64,000 bases of DNA from an uncultured Chloroflexia bacterium (GTDB lineage Bacteria; Chloroflexota; Limnocylindria; Limnocylindrales; CSP1-4): NCBI GenBank assembly GCA_963763775.1, contig CAVXPZ010000003.1, positions 480,001-544,000 on the forward strand, written 5' to 3'. Positions 1 to 8,970 of this stretch are shown here, piece after piece. Positions within the stretch are counted from its first letter, which is position 1, and every line of letters starts with the position of its first letter. Both the position numbers and the translations under genes were made by a program. A model generated the notes under the pieces. That model was not told the DNA's origin, made no database searches, and saw nothing but the letters and a program-made list of their open reading frames with translations.

Positions 1-712
1 CGCGCTGGGTCTTGTCCATCTCGGACTTGACCTCGGACTGGATCCGACCCTTCAGCTCGAGGATCTCGATCTGGCGGTTGAGGAAGGTCGAGACGAGCTT
101 GAGTCGCTCGACGATGTCGATGGTCTCGAGCAGCTCCTGGCGCTGCTCGGTCGTCATGTCCGGGCTGTACGCGACCATGTCGGCGAGCAGCCCGGGCTCG
201 GTGATATTGCGAGCGGCCACGGCGGCTTCCGGCGGGACCGGCGCGCCGTTGGCGACGTACTGCTCGATCTGCGCCTGGACCGAGCGCATCAGCGCCTGGA
301 CCTCGACGCCCGTCGGGCTCTCGTCGGCCAGCTCGGAGACGGTCGCGGTGATGTACGGGCCGGTCGAGGTGAAGCCGTGGACGCGCAGGCGCGACTGGCC
401 CTGGACGATGGCCCGGACGGTCCCGTCCTGGAGCTGCACGACCTGGGCGATCTTGGCGAGCGTGCCGATCTCGTAGAGCTCGGACGGGTCGTCGATGTCT
501 TCCTGCTCGGCCTGTCGCTGGGTCACGAGCGCGATGGGTCCGCCGTCGGCGACGGCGGCGTTGAGCGCGGCGACGCTCTTCTCGCGGCCGACCTGGAGCG
601 GCACGATCATCTCCGGGAAGATGACCGTCTCCCGGAGGGCGACGAGGGGCAGCTCGCGCGGTCCGGCGGTGGTCGGCTGCTCGTCGACCGGGGTTGACGG
701 TCGCTTGGCCAT
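1..712 (-). CDS. lon: ATP-dependent Lon protease, N-terminal part (runs off window)
   Basis: Manual translation MAKRPS...LPLVALRETVIFPEMIVPLQVGREKS...ILELKGRIQSEVKSEMDKTQR, the Lon N-domain; AGGAG RBS upstream; follows hspR. Confidence 0.93.
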   Translation of the reverse strand, partial: MAKRPSTPVDEQPTTAGPRELPLVALRETVIFPEMIVPLQVGREKSVAALNAAVADGGPIALVTQRQAEQEDIDDPSELYEIGTLAKIAQVVQLQDGTVRAIVQGQSRLRVHGFTSTGPYITATVSELADESPTGVEVQALMRSVQAQIEQYVANGAPVPPEAAVAARNITEPGLLADMVAYSPDMTTEQRQELLETIDIVERLKLVSTFLNRQIEILELKGRIQSEVKSEMDKTQR

Positions 713-735
713 CAGATCTCTCCTAGTTCCTTGGT

Positions 736-1116
736 TCAGGCGGTCCGCGGGGTCGCGGAGGCGTCGGTCTCGTCGGGGTTGGTGTCCGCCGGGCTGGCGA
801 CGGCCTCGGCGGCCCCCGTCCCTTCGGCGTACAGGGCTTCGAGGATGCGCGCCCCGAGGCGCTCCTCGAGTTCGAACAGGATCCGGATGCCGGCGAGGTT
901 CACGCCGCGCTCCCGGGTGAGGTGGCGGATCCAGAGGATCCGTCGGATGTCGTTCTCGCTATAGAGGCGGATGTTCGTGGGTGTCCGTGCCGGGCAGAGG
1001 AGACCCTCGTCCTCGTAGATGCGCAGCGTCCTGGGGTGTGCGCTCACGAGCGTGGCCGCCACGCTGATCACGTAGACGGGCCGCGTCGGATCTCGATCCG
1101 GACGGGTGGCTGTCAT
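736..1116 (-). CDS. hspR: MerR-family heat-shock repressor, HspR-like
   Basis: VYVISVAATLVSAHPRTLRIYEDEGLLCPART...RLYSENDI...GVNLAGI; directly upstream of lon. Confidence 0.85.
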   Translation of the reverse strand: MTATRPDRDPTRPVYVISVAATLVSAHPRTLRIYEDEGLLCPARTPTNIRLYSENDIRRILWIRHLTRERGVNLAGIRILFELEERLGARILEALYAEGTGAAEAVASPADTNPDETDASATPRTA

Positions 1117-1122
1117 GCCGGG

Positions 1123-1153
1123 ATGCTAGAACGTTGACAATGACGTTGTCAAG
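1123..1153 (-). promoter_or_regulatory. Leaderless sigma70 promoter of hspR-lon with overlapping inverted-repeat operator
   Basis: Minus strand TTGACA(1152-1147)-18 nt-TAGCAT(1128-1123)-6 nt-ATG; palindrome TTGACAA-N5-TTGTCAA at 1134-1152. Confidence 0.8.
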
Positions 1154-1198
1154 AGTCCTGCGCGTTTCGCGATTCGAGATCGTCCGCCCCGGGGCGGA

Positions 1199-1882
1199 TC
1201 AGGCGTCGATCGGGCTCGGTTCCTCGTCGCCGATCAGCTGGCTGTGGAGCAGGTCCTGGCACTCCTGCTTGCCGATGGCGATGACCTTGTCGCCCTCGAG
1301 CATGATCGTGTCCGGCCGAAGCGGCGTCGCCACCCCGTCGCGGATGACGGCGAAGAGGGAGCAGCCTTCGGGGATCGCGAGGTCCTTCGGGGCGCGGCCG
1401 ATGGCCGGCGACCCGGACTGGAGATGGGCCTCGATGAGCTCGAGCTCTCCCTCGCCGAGCGCCGCCAGGTGGAGCAGCTCGTGGACCGGGATGTCCTGCT
1501 CGATCGAGCCAAGGATCATCCGGGTGGGACTGATGATCTCGTCGACGCCAAGGTGCCGGAACAGCGCCTCGTTCTTGGGGTTGTTGACGCGGGCGATCGT
1601 GCGCGGCACGTCGAAGTGGTGCTTGGCCATCTGGCAGATGACGAGGTTGTCCTCGTCGTCGCCGGTCACGGCCGCCACGACGTCCGCCCGGTTGCAGCCC
1701 GCCTCGCCGAGGTACTTGCCCTCGCAGCCGTCGTTGGCGATGACGATCGAGCCGATCTCGTCGGCGATCTGCCCGGCGCGAGCCGGGTCCTTCTCCATGA
1801 GGGCCACCTCGTGGCCCGATTCGACGAGTTCCTTGGCCAGGTAGTACCCGACCTTCCCGCCACCGACGACGAGGACGAACAT
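1199..1882 (-). CDS. trkA: TrkA-family K+ uptake NAD-binding subunit (RCK_N + RCK_C)
   Basis: VVGGGKVG Rossmann motif, VTGDDEDNL, IARVNNPKN, C-terminal TrkA_C. Confidence 0.9.
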   Translation of the reverse strand: MFVLVVGGGKVGYYLAKELVESGHEVALMEKDPARAGQIADEIGSIVIANDGCEGKYLGEAGCNRADVVAAVTGDDEDNLVICQMAKHHFDVPRTIARVNNPKNEALFRHLGVDEIISPTRMILGSIEQDIPVHELLHLAALGEGELELIEAHLQSGSPAIGRAPKDLAIPEGCSLFAVIRDGVATPLRPDTIMLEGDKVIAIGKQECQDLLHSQLIGDEEPSPIDA

Positions 1883-1885
1883 GGC

Positions 1886-2407
1886 TCAGGCCTCCCGGGC
1901 CGCGGCCGGGGCCGGGGCGCTCCCGTCGGCCGCGGCCGCCGGGTGATCGTGGTGGGTGCCGCCGGGGTGGGTGCCGGTCGGCCCGAGCATCCCGACGACG
2001 CCCGACGGGGCGAACCCGAGATACCCGTTGATGGCGTCGTGCATGAGGCCGGTCCGACAGAGCGTCGCGAGGCCGAGGGCCGCGTAGGCCTCGGCCCGGA
2101 CCGGGTCGTTCAGCTTGGCGACCACGCGCTCGATGCCGAGCGCCTCGGCGGCGACCTGGGCGGCCATCACGTTGCGGTTGTCGCCCTCGGTCATCGCGAG
2201 GAAGACGTCAGCCCCCTCGGCGCCGGCCCGTCGCAGCACGTCCTTGTCGGTGCCATCTCCGCGGATCGCCTTGCCGCCGAACGTCGAGGGGAGGCGGTCG
2301 AAGGCGCTGGTCCGGGTATCGACGATCAGGACCTCGTGACCGGCACGGTCATAGGAATCGGCGAGGGCGGCGCCGACACGGCCGCAGCCCACGATGACGA
2401 TCTTCAC
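1886..2407 (-). CDS. TrkA-family K+ uptake subunit (RCK_N only)
   Basis: GTG start after GGAGG; KIVIVGCGRVG, GDGTD, TEGDNRN; GTGA overlap with the usp stop. Confidence 0.88.
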   Translation of the reverse strand: MKIVIVGCGRVGAALADSYDRAGHEVLIVDTRTSAFDRLPSTFGGKAIRGDGTDKDVLRRAGAEGADVFLAMTEGDNRNVMAAQVAAEALGIERVVAKLNDPVRAEAYAALGLATLCRTGLMHDAINGYLGFAPSGVVGMLGPTGTHPGGTHHDHPAAAADGSAPAPAAAREA

Positions 2408-2862
2408 GATGCCTCCTCGGACATCGGCTCGCGCACCACCCAGACGGTGCACGGCGCGTTCTGCAGGACATACGGGATGGTTCGCCCGATCGCGAAGTCG
2501 CCGCCGAAGCGCGTCCGGAACGGCACGCCAAGGACGATCAGGTCCGCGTCGCGTTCGACGGCCTCGTCGACGATCGCCGCTCCGACGTCACGGGCCTGGA
2601 GGAGGACCGGTTCCATGGTCTGCTTCCACTCCTCGGCGACGGCCTCGGCGACGTCGAGGACCTGCTGGACCTCCTCGGACCGTCCGGCGATATCGGCGTC
2701 GAGCGGCAGCGTCCAGTCGATCTCGACGACATGGACCGCGACGAGCTCGGCTTTCGAGAACTTGGCATGCATCGCCGCGAGCCGGATGATCCGGGCATCG
2801 CTGGGGCCACCGTTGAGGGCGAGGACCGCGCGGCGAAAGGCAGGTAGGTGGTTATCTCCCAT
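2404..2862 (-). CDS. Universal stress protein
   Basis: AVHVVE...ADLIVLG...IGRTIPYVLQNAPCTVWVVR, Usp fold. Confidence 0.85.
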   Translation of the reverse strand: MGDNHLPAFRRAVLALNGGPSDARIIRLAAMHAKFSKAELVAVHVVEIDWTLPLDADIAGRSEEVQQVLDVAEAVAEEWKQTMEPVLLQARDVGAAIVDEAVERDADLIVLGVPFRTRFGGDFAIGRTIPYVLQNAPCTVWVVREPMSEEAS

Positions 2863-2891
2863 GGGCGGCGGTCACGATACCACCGTCCCGG

Positions 2892-4943
2892 TCACGACCG
2901 GTTCGCGCGGTCCGGTGCCTCGGGCGTCTCGTCGGGCTCGGGATCCTCACGCCGATACGGTACGCCGACCACGACCGTGTGTGGCCGCCCCAGCAGGACG
3001 GACCGCAGGCGCTTCGCCGCCTGGTTGTAGAGGATGCGCTCCCACCAGCTCCGGGCGACATACTCGGGGACGACGACGAAGGTGATCGGGTCAGGCTTGT
3101 CCGGTGGCCACGCGGCGTCGAGGACGTCGAGATAGGCCAGGAACGGACCGGCGAGCGACCGGTACGGCGACTCCACGACCACGAGCGGGATGCCGGGGAT
3201 CTGCCGCTCGAACTGCTCGCGAAGCTCGATCGCCGCCTCTGGGTCGTCCGAGATGTAGACCGCCCGGACGTCGTCGCTGATCGACCGCGCCACGTTCACG
3301 GCCTGGACGACCGCCCGGTTGAGACTCGGGATCGGGATGACGACCCGTTCCTCGCGATGCGGCGCGTCGACGATCAGGTCGGGCCGCACCGCCAGCTCGC
3401 GCCTGGAACGGGCGTACTGGTGGTTGATGAACAGCATCATCGCGACGAGGCTGGGGATGAGGATCACGATCAGGTAGGCGCCGTTGAAGAACTTCTCCGA
3501 GACGACGATGAGCAGGACCACCGCGGTCAGGACGGCCCCGGACGCGTTGATCCCGAGCCGCCAGTGCCACCCGGTGGATCGCTCGTCCCACCAATGGCGG
3601 ACCATGCCGATCTGGCTGAGCGTGAAGCAGACGAACACGCCGACGGAGTACAGCGGGATCAGGGAGTGCGTGTCGCCGCCGAACGCCCACAGCAGCCCGA
3701 ACGCGACGGCGGCCAACAGCACGATGCCCCACGAGTACGCGAGCCGGTCGCCGCGGAACGAGAACTGGCGGGGCATGTACCCGTCCTCGGCGAGGATCGC
3801 GGCCAGGCGCGGGAAGGCGTTGAAGCTGGTGTTCGCGGCGAGGAACAGGATGAGCGCCGTGCTCACCGCGAAGAGGACGAACAACGGCGAGCCCTCGCCA
3901 TAGATGGCCTGCGCGGCGAGCGCGACGACCGACGCGCCACCCTCCTGCGTCGGCAGGACGGCGAACTGGATCGCCACGAGGGTCAGGCCGATGAACAGGA
4001 TCGCCAGGAGGATCGACATCGCGGACATCGTGTTCGCGGCGTTCTTCGACTCGGGCGGTTGGAACGCCGGGACGCCGTTCGCGATCGCCTCGACGCCGGT
4101 CAGAGCCACCGAGCCGCCGGCGAACGCCTTCAGCAGGAGCAGGACGCCGAGCGCCTCGGTCCCGAACGGCACGGTGTCCGGCGGCGGCGGGAGCGGGGTC
4201 ACGTTCCCCGTGATGATCTGGCCGACACCGATCGCCACGATGCCGAGGGCGAGCACGAGGAACGCGTACGTCGGGATGGCGAAGATGTTCCCCGACTCAC
4301 GGAGACCGCGCAGGTTGGCGATCGTGATGAGCGAGATCGAGACGAACGCGATCTCGATCCGGAAGTCGTACGCGGCGGGGATGACGGACTGGATCTGGGC
4401 GATCGCGGCCGCGGTCGAGACCGAGACCGTCATGACGTAGTCGATGAGCAGGGCGGCCGCCGCGATCAGACCGAAGATCGGCGCGAGGTTCGTCTTCGCG
4501 ACGACATACGCGCCGCCGCCGTTGGGATAGGCGCGGCACACCTGCCGGTACGACAGGGAGACCACGGCCAGGAGCACGGAGATCGCGATCGCGACCTGGA
4601 GCGACAGGAGCACCGCGCTCGCCCCAGCGAGGACCAGGACCCGCAGGATCTCCTCGGTGGCGTACGCGGACGAGCTGATGGCGTCCGAGCTGAAGATCGC
4701 GAGGGCCTTCTTCTTCGACAGGCGTTCGCCGATCTCCTCCTCGGTGGAGAGCGGCCGCCCGAAGACGATCGACCGTGTGCGCTGGAGGAACCGTCGTGTC
4801 GGCGTCAATTCGACGTTCGTCGCCGCCTTGGCGACCATCTGCCCAGGTCCGGTGTAGCGGAAGTAGGGTGCGTGCGGACGCTCGACGCGGACGCGGCGGT
4901 CGGCGGGTTTGCGGCCCTTCAAGGGCCGCCGGCCTCCGATCAA
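2892..4943 (-). CDS. APC-family permease, KimA/YdaO-like K+ transporter
   Basis: ALAIFSSDAISSSAYATEE, YPNGGGAY, ALTGVEAIANG, many TM helices, C-terminal VVVESPYR...FVVVPEY domain; likely TTG start at 4943 after GGAG. Confidence 0.85.
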   Translation of the reverse strand: MIGGRRPLKGRKPADRRVRVERPHAPYFRYTGPGQMVAKAATNVELTPTRRFLQRTRSIVFGRPLSTEEEIGERLSKKKALAIFSSDAISSSAYATEEILRVLVLAGASAVLLSLQVAIAISVLLAVVSLSYRQVCRAYPNGGGAYVVAKTNLAPIFGLIAAAALLIDYVMTVSVSTAAAIAQIQSVIPAAYDFRIEIAFVSISLITIANLRGLRESGNIFAIPTYAFLVLALGIVAIGVGQIITGNVTPLPPPPDTVPFGTEALGVLLLLKAFAGGSVALTGVEAIANGVPAFQPPESKNAANTMSAMSILLAILFIGLTLVAIQFAVLPTQEGGASVVALAAQAIYGEGSPLFVLFAVSTALILFLAANTSFNAFPRLAAILAEDGYMPRQFSFRGDRLAYSWGIVLLAAVAFGLLWAFGGDTHSLIPLYSVGVFVCFTLSQIGMVRHWWDERSTGWHWRLGINASGAVLTAVVLLIVVSEKFFNGAYLIVILIPSLVAMMLFINHQYARSRRELAVRPDLIVDAPHREERVVIPIPSLNRAVVQAVNVARSISDDVRAVYISDDPEAAIELREQFERQIPGIPLVVVESPYRSLAGPFLAYLDVLDAAWPPDKPDPITFVVVPEYVARSWWERILYNQAAKRLRSVLLGRPHTVVVGVPYRREDPEPDETPEAPDRANRS

Positions 4944-5108
4944 CGGATCTCCATTCGCTGGTGGGCGGGCGCCGGGCCGACCTCCGCTCCCTCCCGGGGA
5001 CGGGACGCGGTCCAGGACCGTCGGCTCGCGTCGGACGAGTCCGGCCGGGCGTGGTGGCGCCGATTGGTTATACAGCAACCGGCCTGCCGGCGGCCGGTCG
5101 GACCATGG

Positions 5109-5831
5109 TCACACACCGTGGTAGAGCCGTTCCGCCAGTCGGGTGGGCAGCCCTGCAGCCCGCATCGCGACCGCCACCGGATCGATGTCGTAGGGGACGC
5201 GGTGCCACGTCGCGGACCGCGCGGCGACATCGAGGATCAGGTAGCTCGAACGCGGGTCGCCATCGCGAGGCTGGCCGACGCTCCCGGGGTTGAGGAAGGC
5301 CCGCCGTGTCTCGAAGGTCACGGTGTCGCGATCGCCGGGCATCTCGCCGTGGACTCGGTCGCCCGCCCCCAGCCACGCGATCGGGACGTGCGTGTGGCCG
5401 TGCAGGCCGTGTCGGGTCGTCAGCGCGGCGAAGCTGGCCCCAGCGATGCGTTCGCTCGTGACGTACTCCCACGTCGGGTCGCGCGGGCTGCCGTGCACGA
5501 GCGTCACGTCATCCTCGACGCGGCGCTCCGGCAGGGCTGCGAGCCACGCCGTGGTCGTCGCGGACAGGTGCCGTCGCGTCCAGAGCATGGCATCGCGCGC
5601 CTCGGGGTTGAACGCGTCGATCTCCTTGCCGCCGAGGGCCGCGGCGTCGTGGTTGCCGCGGACGCCGAGGGCCCCACGCTCCGAGAGACGTCCCACCACG
5701 CCGTCGGGGTCCGGGCCATAGCCGACGACGTCGCCCAGGTGCCAGATCGCGTCCACGCTCCCGGCGTGGGCGAGCACCGCGTCGAGGGCGACGAGATTGC
5801 TATGGATGTCCGAGAGCACGGCGATCCGCAT
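5109..5831 (-). CDS. Calcineurin-like metallophosphoesterase
   Basis: SDIHSN, LGDVVGYG, GNHD, HGSP, GHTH, NPGSVGQPRD motifs. Confidence 0.9.
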   Translation of the reverse strand: MRIAVLSDIHSNLVALDAVLAHAGSVDAIWHLGDVVGYGPDPDGVVGRLSERGALGVRGNHDAAALGGKEIDAFNPEARDAMLWTRRHLSATTTAWLAALPERRVEDDVTLVHGSPRDPTWEYVTSERIAGASFAALTTRHGLHGHTHVPIAWLGAGDRVHGEMPGDRDTVTFETRRAFLNPGSVGQPRDGDPRSSYLILDVAARSATWHRVPYDIDPVAVAMRAAGLPTRLAERLYHGV

Positions 5832-5858
5832 CGAACGGTCAGCCTAGCAGCGGGTCGG

Positions 5859-6635
5859 TCACCACGGACGACGCTTGCGTGCCGCGGGATCTCGCGGATA
5901 CGCCGCCGGCACGCGCCCGCGGCTCGTGACGATGACGAGCCGATGCCCGTCGAGGCCGGTGATCCGCGGCTCGACGGACGTGACGGTCCCGCCGCCGAGC
6001 GCGTCGATCGCGCGGCGCGCGGCCGCGACCTCGTCGACCAGGTCGCCGCGCTTCCAGGCGACGAGGACGCCGCCCGGCATCAGCAGCGGGAAGCTCAGCT
6101 CGACCAGTTCGGCGAGTGCCGCGACGGCCCGCGCGGTGACAGCGGGCCAGCGGCCGCGGTGCGCCCCATCCGCGGCGAGGGCTTCGGCGCGGACCGGCGC
6201 GACCTGCACGGCGCCGGCGTGGGTCGCCTCGACCGCCGTCTCGAGGAAGCGCGCCTTCTTGGCCGTCGGTTCCACGAGGAGCGCCTGGACAGCGGGCAGG
6301 GCCGCCGCGAGTGGGAGGCCGGGATACCCACCCCCCGAGCCGAGATCGAGGAAGGTGTCGATCCCACGCTCGCGCATCGGGGCGACCGCGGTCAGGCTGT
6401 CGAGGACGTGGGCTCGCGCGACATCGGCCGGGGCCCGGATCGCCGTGAGGTTGACGGCGACCGTCCACGCCAGGAGCAGGCGCACCTGGCCGTCGATGGC
6501 GCCACGCGCCTCGGGCGTGAGGGTCAGGCCGAGCTCGGCGAGCCCGGCGTCGACGACGTGGCCGTACTCGGGCGGGAGCTCGGGAAGGCCATCGACGCGC
6601 GTCGGGAGCGGCTCACGCGCGGGAAGGATGGGCAC
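5859..6635 (-). CDS. rsmG: 16S rRNA m7G527 methyltransferase (start uncertain: GTG 6635 or ATC 6629)
   Basis: NLTAIR, HVLDSL, LDLGSGGGYPGLPLA, VTARAVA, YPR motifs. Confidence 0.92.
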   Translation of the reverse strand: MPILPAREPLPTRVDGLPELPPEYGHVVDAGLAELGLTLTPEARGAIDGQVRLLLAWTVAVNLTAIRAPADVARAHVLDSLTAVAPMRERGIDTFLDLGSGGGYPGLPLAAALPAVQALLVEPTAKKARFLETAVEATHAGAVQVAPVRAEALAADGAHRGRWPAVTARAVAALAELVELSFPLLMPGGVLVAWKRGDLVDEVAAARRAIDALGGGTVTSVEPRITGLDGHRLVIVTSRGRVPAAYPRDPAARKRRPW

Positions 6636-6805
6636 GCCTCCTGTGGTCCACGTGCCGGCTCCTCGCGCGGCGCCGCTCCCGGCGTCGGCATCGTTTCGCA
6701 CCGCGGGAGCTGGTTCGGTCTTCCGCCATCCGTCCGGTTCGTGGTCGGGTCTCCCCGTACCCCTCGCGGACCGCGTTACCCTGCCGTCCCCAGTGCGGAT
6801 GCCGG

Positions 6806-6834
6806 ACGTTACGGCGGTGACGGCGGGGCGTCAA
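6806..6834 (-). promoter_or_regulatory. sigma70-type promoter ~170 nt upstream of rsmG
   Basis: TTGACG(6834-6829)-17 nt-TAACGT(6811-6806). Confidence 0.65.
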
Positions 6835-6839
6835 CGCGG

Positions 6840-6880
6840 TTATCCACCAACTGCCCGGGGTGTCCACGATTCGTGGATAA
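6840..6880. promoter_or_regulatory. Cluster of DnaA-box-like sites
   Basis: TTATCCACC (6840-6848), GTGTCCACG (6860-6868) and reverse TTATCCACG (6872-6880) versus consensus TTATCCACA. Confidence 0.6.
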
Positions 6881-6938
6881 CTCGGGCCGGGACGCGAGGC
6901 CGGGCGCCAGGTGGCGCCGCGCGGCGCTGGGCCGGATG

Positions 6939-7295
6939 CTAGGTGGCGCGGCCGCTCCCGCGGACCGGGCGGCCCAGCGTCCGCCGGACCACGTCGATGA
7001 CCTCGTCGACGTACTGGTCCGCCTCCCCGGCCTCCGCGGCGGTCCGGACACAGCCCTGGACGTGGTCCTCGAGCAAGAGGATCGAGAGCGAGTCGACCGC
7101 GGCCCGGAGCGCCGACGTCTGCTGGAGGATGTCGACGCAGTACTCCTCGCGCTCGATCATCCGCGCGATGCCGCGGACCTGGCCCTCCATCCGCGACAGG
7201 CGGCGGACGAGCTGGGCCTTGTCCTTGGAGTAGCTGTGCCGGAAGTGGCTCGGGTCCGGGGCGGGGGCCGGGCGGCGGCCGGAGGTGGCTGGCAT
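6939..7295 (-). CDS. csoR: CsoR/RcnR-family metal-sensing repressor
   Basis: RLSRMEGQVRGIARMIEREEYCVDILQQ...LLEDHVQGCV (C-H-C ligand set). Confidence 0.88.
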   Translation of the reverse strand: MPATSGRRPAPAPDPSHFRHSYSKDKAQLVRRLSRMEGQVRGIARMIEREEYCVDILQQTSALRAAVDSLSILLLEDHVQGCVRTAAEAGEADQYVDEVIDVVRRTLGRPVRGSGRAT

Positions 7296-7344
7296 CGGTG
7301 TGTCGTCCTCGAACGTGGCGGCCGCTCCACGCGACCGTCACCCG

Positions 7345-7369
7345 ATCGTACCATACCCCCAGGGGGTAT
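7345..7369 (-). promoter_or_regulatory. CsoR-type operator next to an extended -10 promoter
   Basis: Perfect palindrome ATACCCCC-A-GGGGGTAT (7353-7369); TGG-TACGAT on the minus strand (7353-7345). Confidence 0.8.
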
Positions 7370-7434
7370 CCATCGACGATGGCGCGACGACGTGGTGCCC
7401 GGCCGGACCGGCGCTTCGGATAGACTGTGGGCCG

Positions 7435-7931
7435 ATGGACCATCGACGCGCCGTGACGGCCTCGTTCGCCCACGCCAGCGAGGCGGAGATGGCACGGATC
7501 CTCGACTTCTACGAGGTCCGGTGGGAGTACGAGCCCCACACGTTCCCGATCCTCTGGAACCTCGACGGGGCCGTCGTCGAAAGCTTCTCGCCGGACTTCT
7601 ACCTCCCCGACCTCGACCTCTACCTCGAGATGACGACGCTCCGCCAGAAGCTCGTCCGCAAGAAGAACCGCAAGCTGCGCCGCCTGCGCGAGCTGTACCC
7701 CGACCTGTCGATCAAGCTCTTCTACGCGCGGGACTTCCGGGCGCTGATGCTCAAGTACGGCCGGCTCGCGCTGGTCGACGACCTCTCCGGGACGTCCGGC
7801 CAGGTCGTGCCGGTGCGTGACGTCGCGCCGTCGGCCCCCGGGCCCGAGCCGGTCCCGGCCGTCCGCCCGGCGCGCCGCCGACGTCCGACCACGGCCGTAC
7901 CCACCGTCACGGAGGGACCCGCGATCATCCG

Positions 7932-7935
<4 letters not shown>
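7435..7935 (+). CDS. Hypothetical protein, PD-(D/E)XK nuclease-like
   Basis: SEAEMA...WEYEP...FSPDFYLPDLDLYLEMTT; TAGACT -10 just upstream; ATGA overlap with hpt. Confidence 0.7.
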
Positions 7936-8504
<569 letters not shown>

Positions 8505-8506
8505 CG

Positions 8507-8947
8507 ATGCATCGGCGGCCCCTGGGTCACGGCCGGACGCTGGCGGCGATCGCCGGGGTCCTCATCGTCGTCGGGTGCGTCCTGCCGTGGTGGAAGGTCG
8601 GCGGCGGCGAGAGCGGCATCACGCCGCTGAGCGGCAACGGCTTCGACGGCGCCGGGATGCTCGTCTTCCTGGTCGGCATCGCGACGCTCGCGCTCGTCGC
8701 CCTCCCGTACGCCGCCGGCGACCGGCCACTCGGGATCGACCGCTGGCTCACCTTCCTGCTGCTCACCATCGTCGGCTGGATCGGCCTCGCGATCCGGGTG
8801 GTCAGCCTCCTGCTCGACGGCGCGTTCACATTCACGGAGCCCGCCCAGGTCTTCACGAACGGGCCCGGGCTATGGCTCACGGCGATCGGGCTCGTGGTGC
8901 TGTCGCGCGCCACGTACGACATGGCCCGCGAACCGTCCTGGCGCTGA
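8507..8947 (+). CDS. Hypothetical membrane protein (~4 TM)
   Basis: MHRRPLGHGRTLAAIAGVLIVVGCVLPWW...GPGLWL; coupled to hpt. Confidence 0.7.
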   Translation: MHRRPLGHGRTLAAIAGVLIVVGCVLPWWKVGGGESGITPLSGNGFDGAGMLVFLVGIATLALVALPYAAGDRPLGIDRWLTFLLLTIVGWIGLAIRVVSLLLDGAFTFTEPAQVFTNGPGLWLTAIGLVVLSRATYDMAREPSWR

Positions 8948-8970
8948 CCGACAGAGGCCGCCCGCCCGCC

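Noticed and set aside
6690-6800. Possible c-di-AMP (ydaO) riboswitch upstream of the rsmG-to-kimA gene run
   Set aside because: Only loose resemblance (UACGGGGAGACC, CCGAACC..AGCU); the conserved GGGGUGAAUC and GUCAGCUAAC elements are missing
6840-6880. oriC
   Set aside because: Only 2-3 boxes, no AT-rich unwinding element, and no dnaA, dnaN or parAB nearby
2979-7820. Very long plus-strand ORF (1613 aa) and similar shadow ORFs (49499-52729, 55555-58350)
   Set aside because: Antisense to well-recognised genes; stop-poor frames are expected at this GC content
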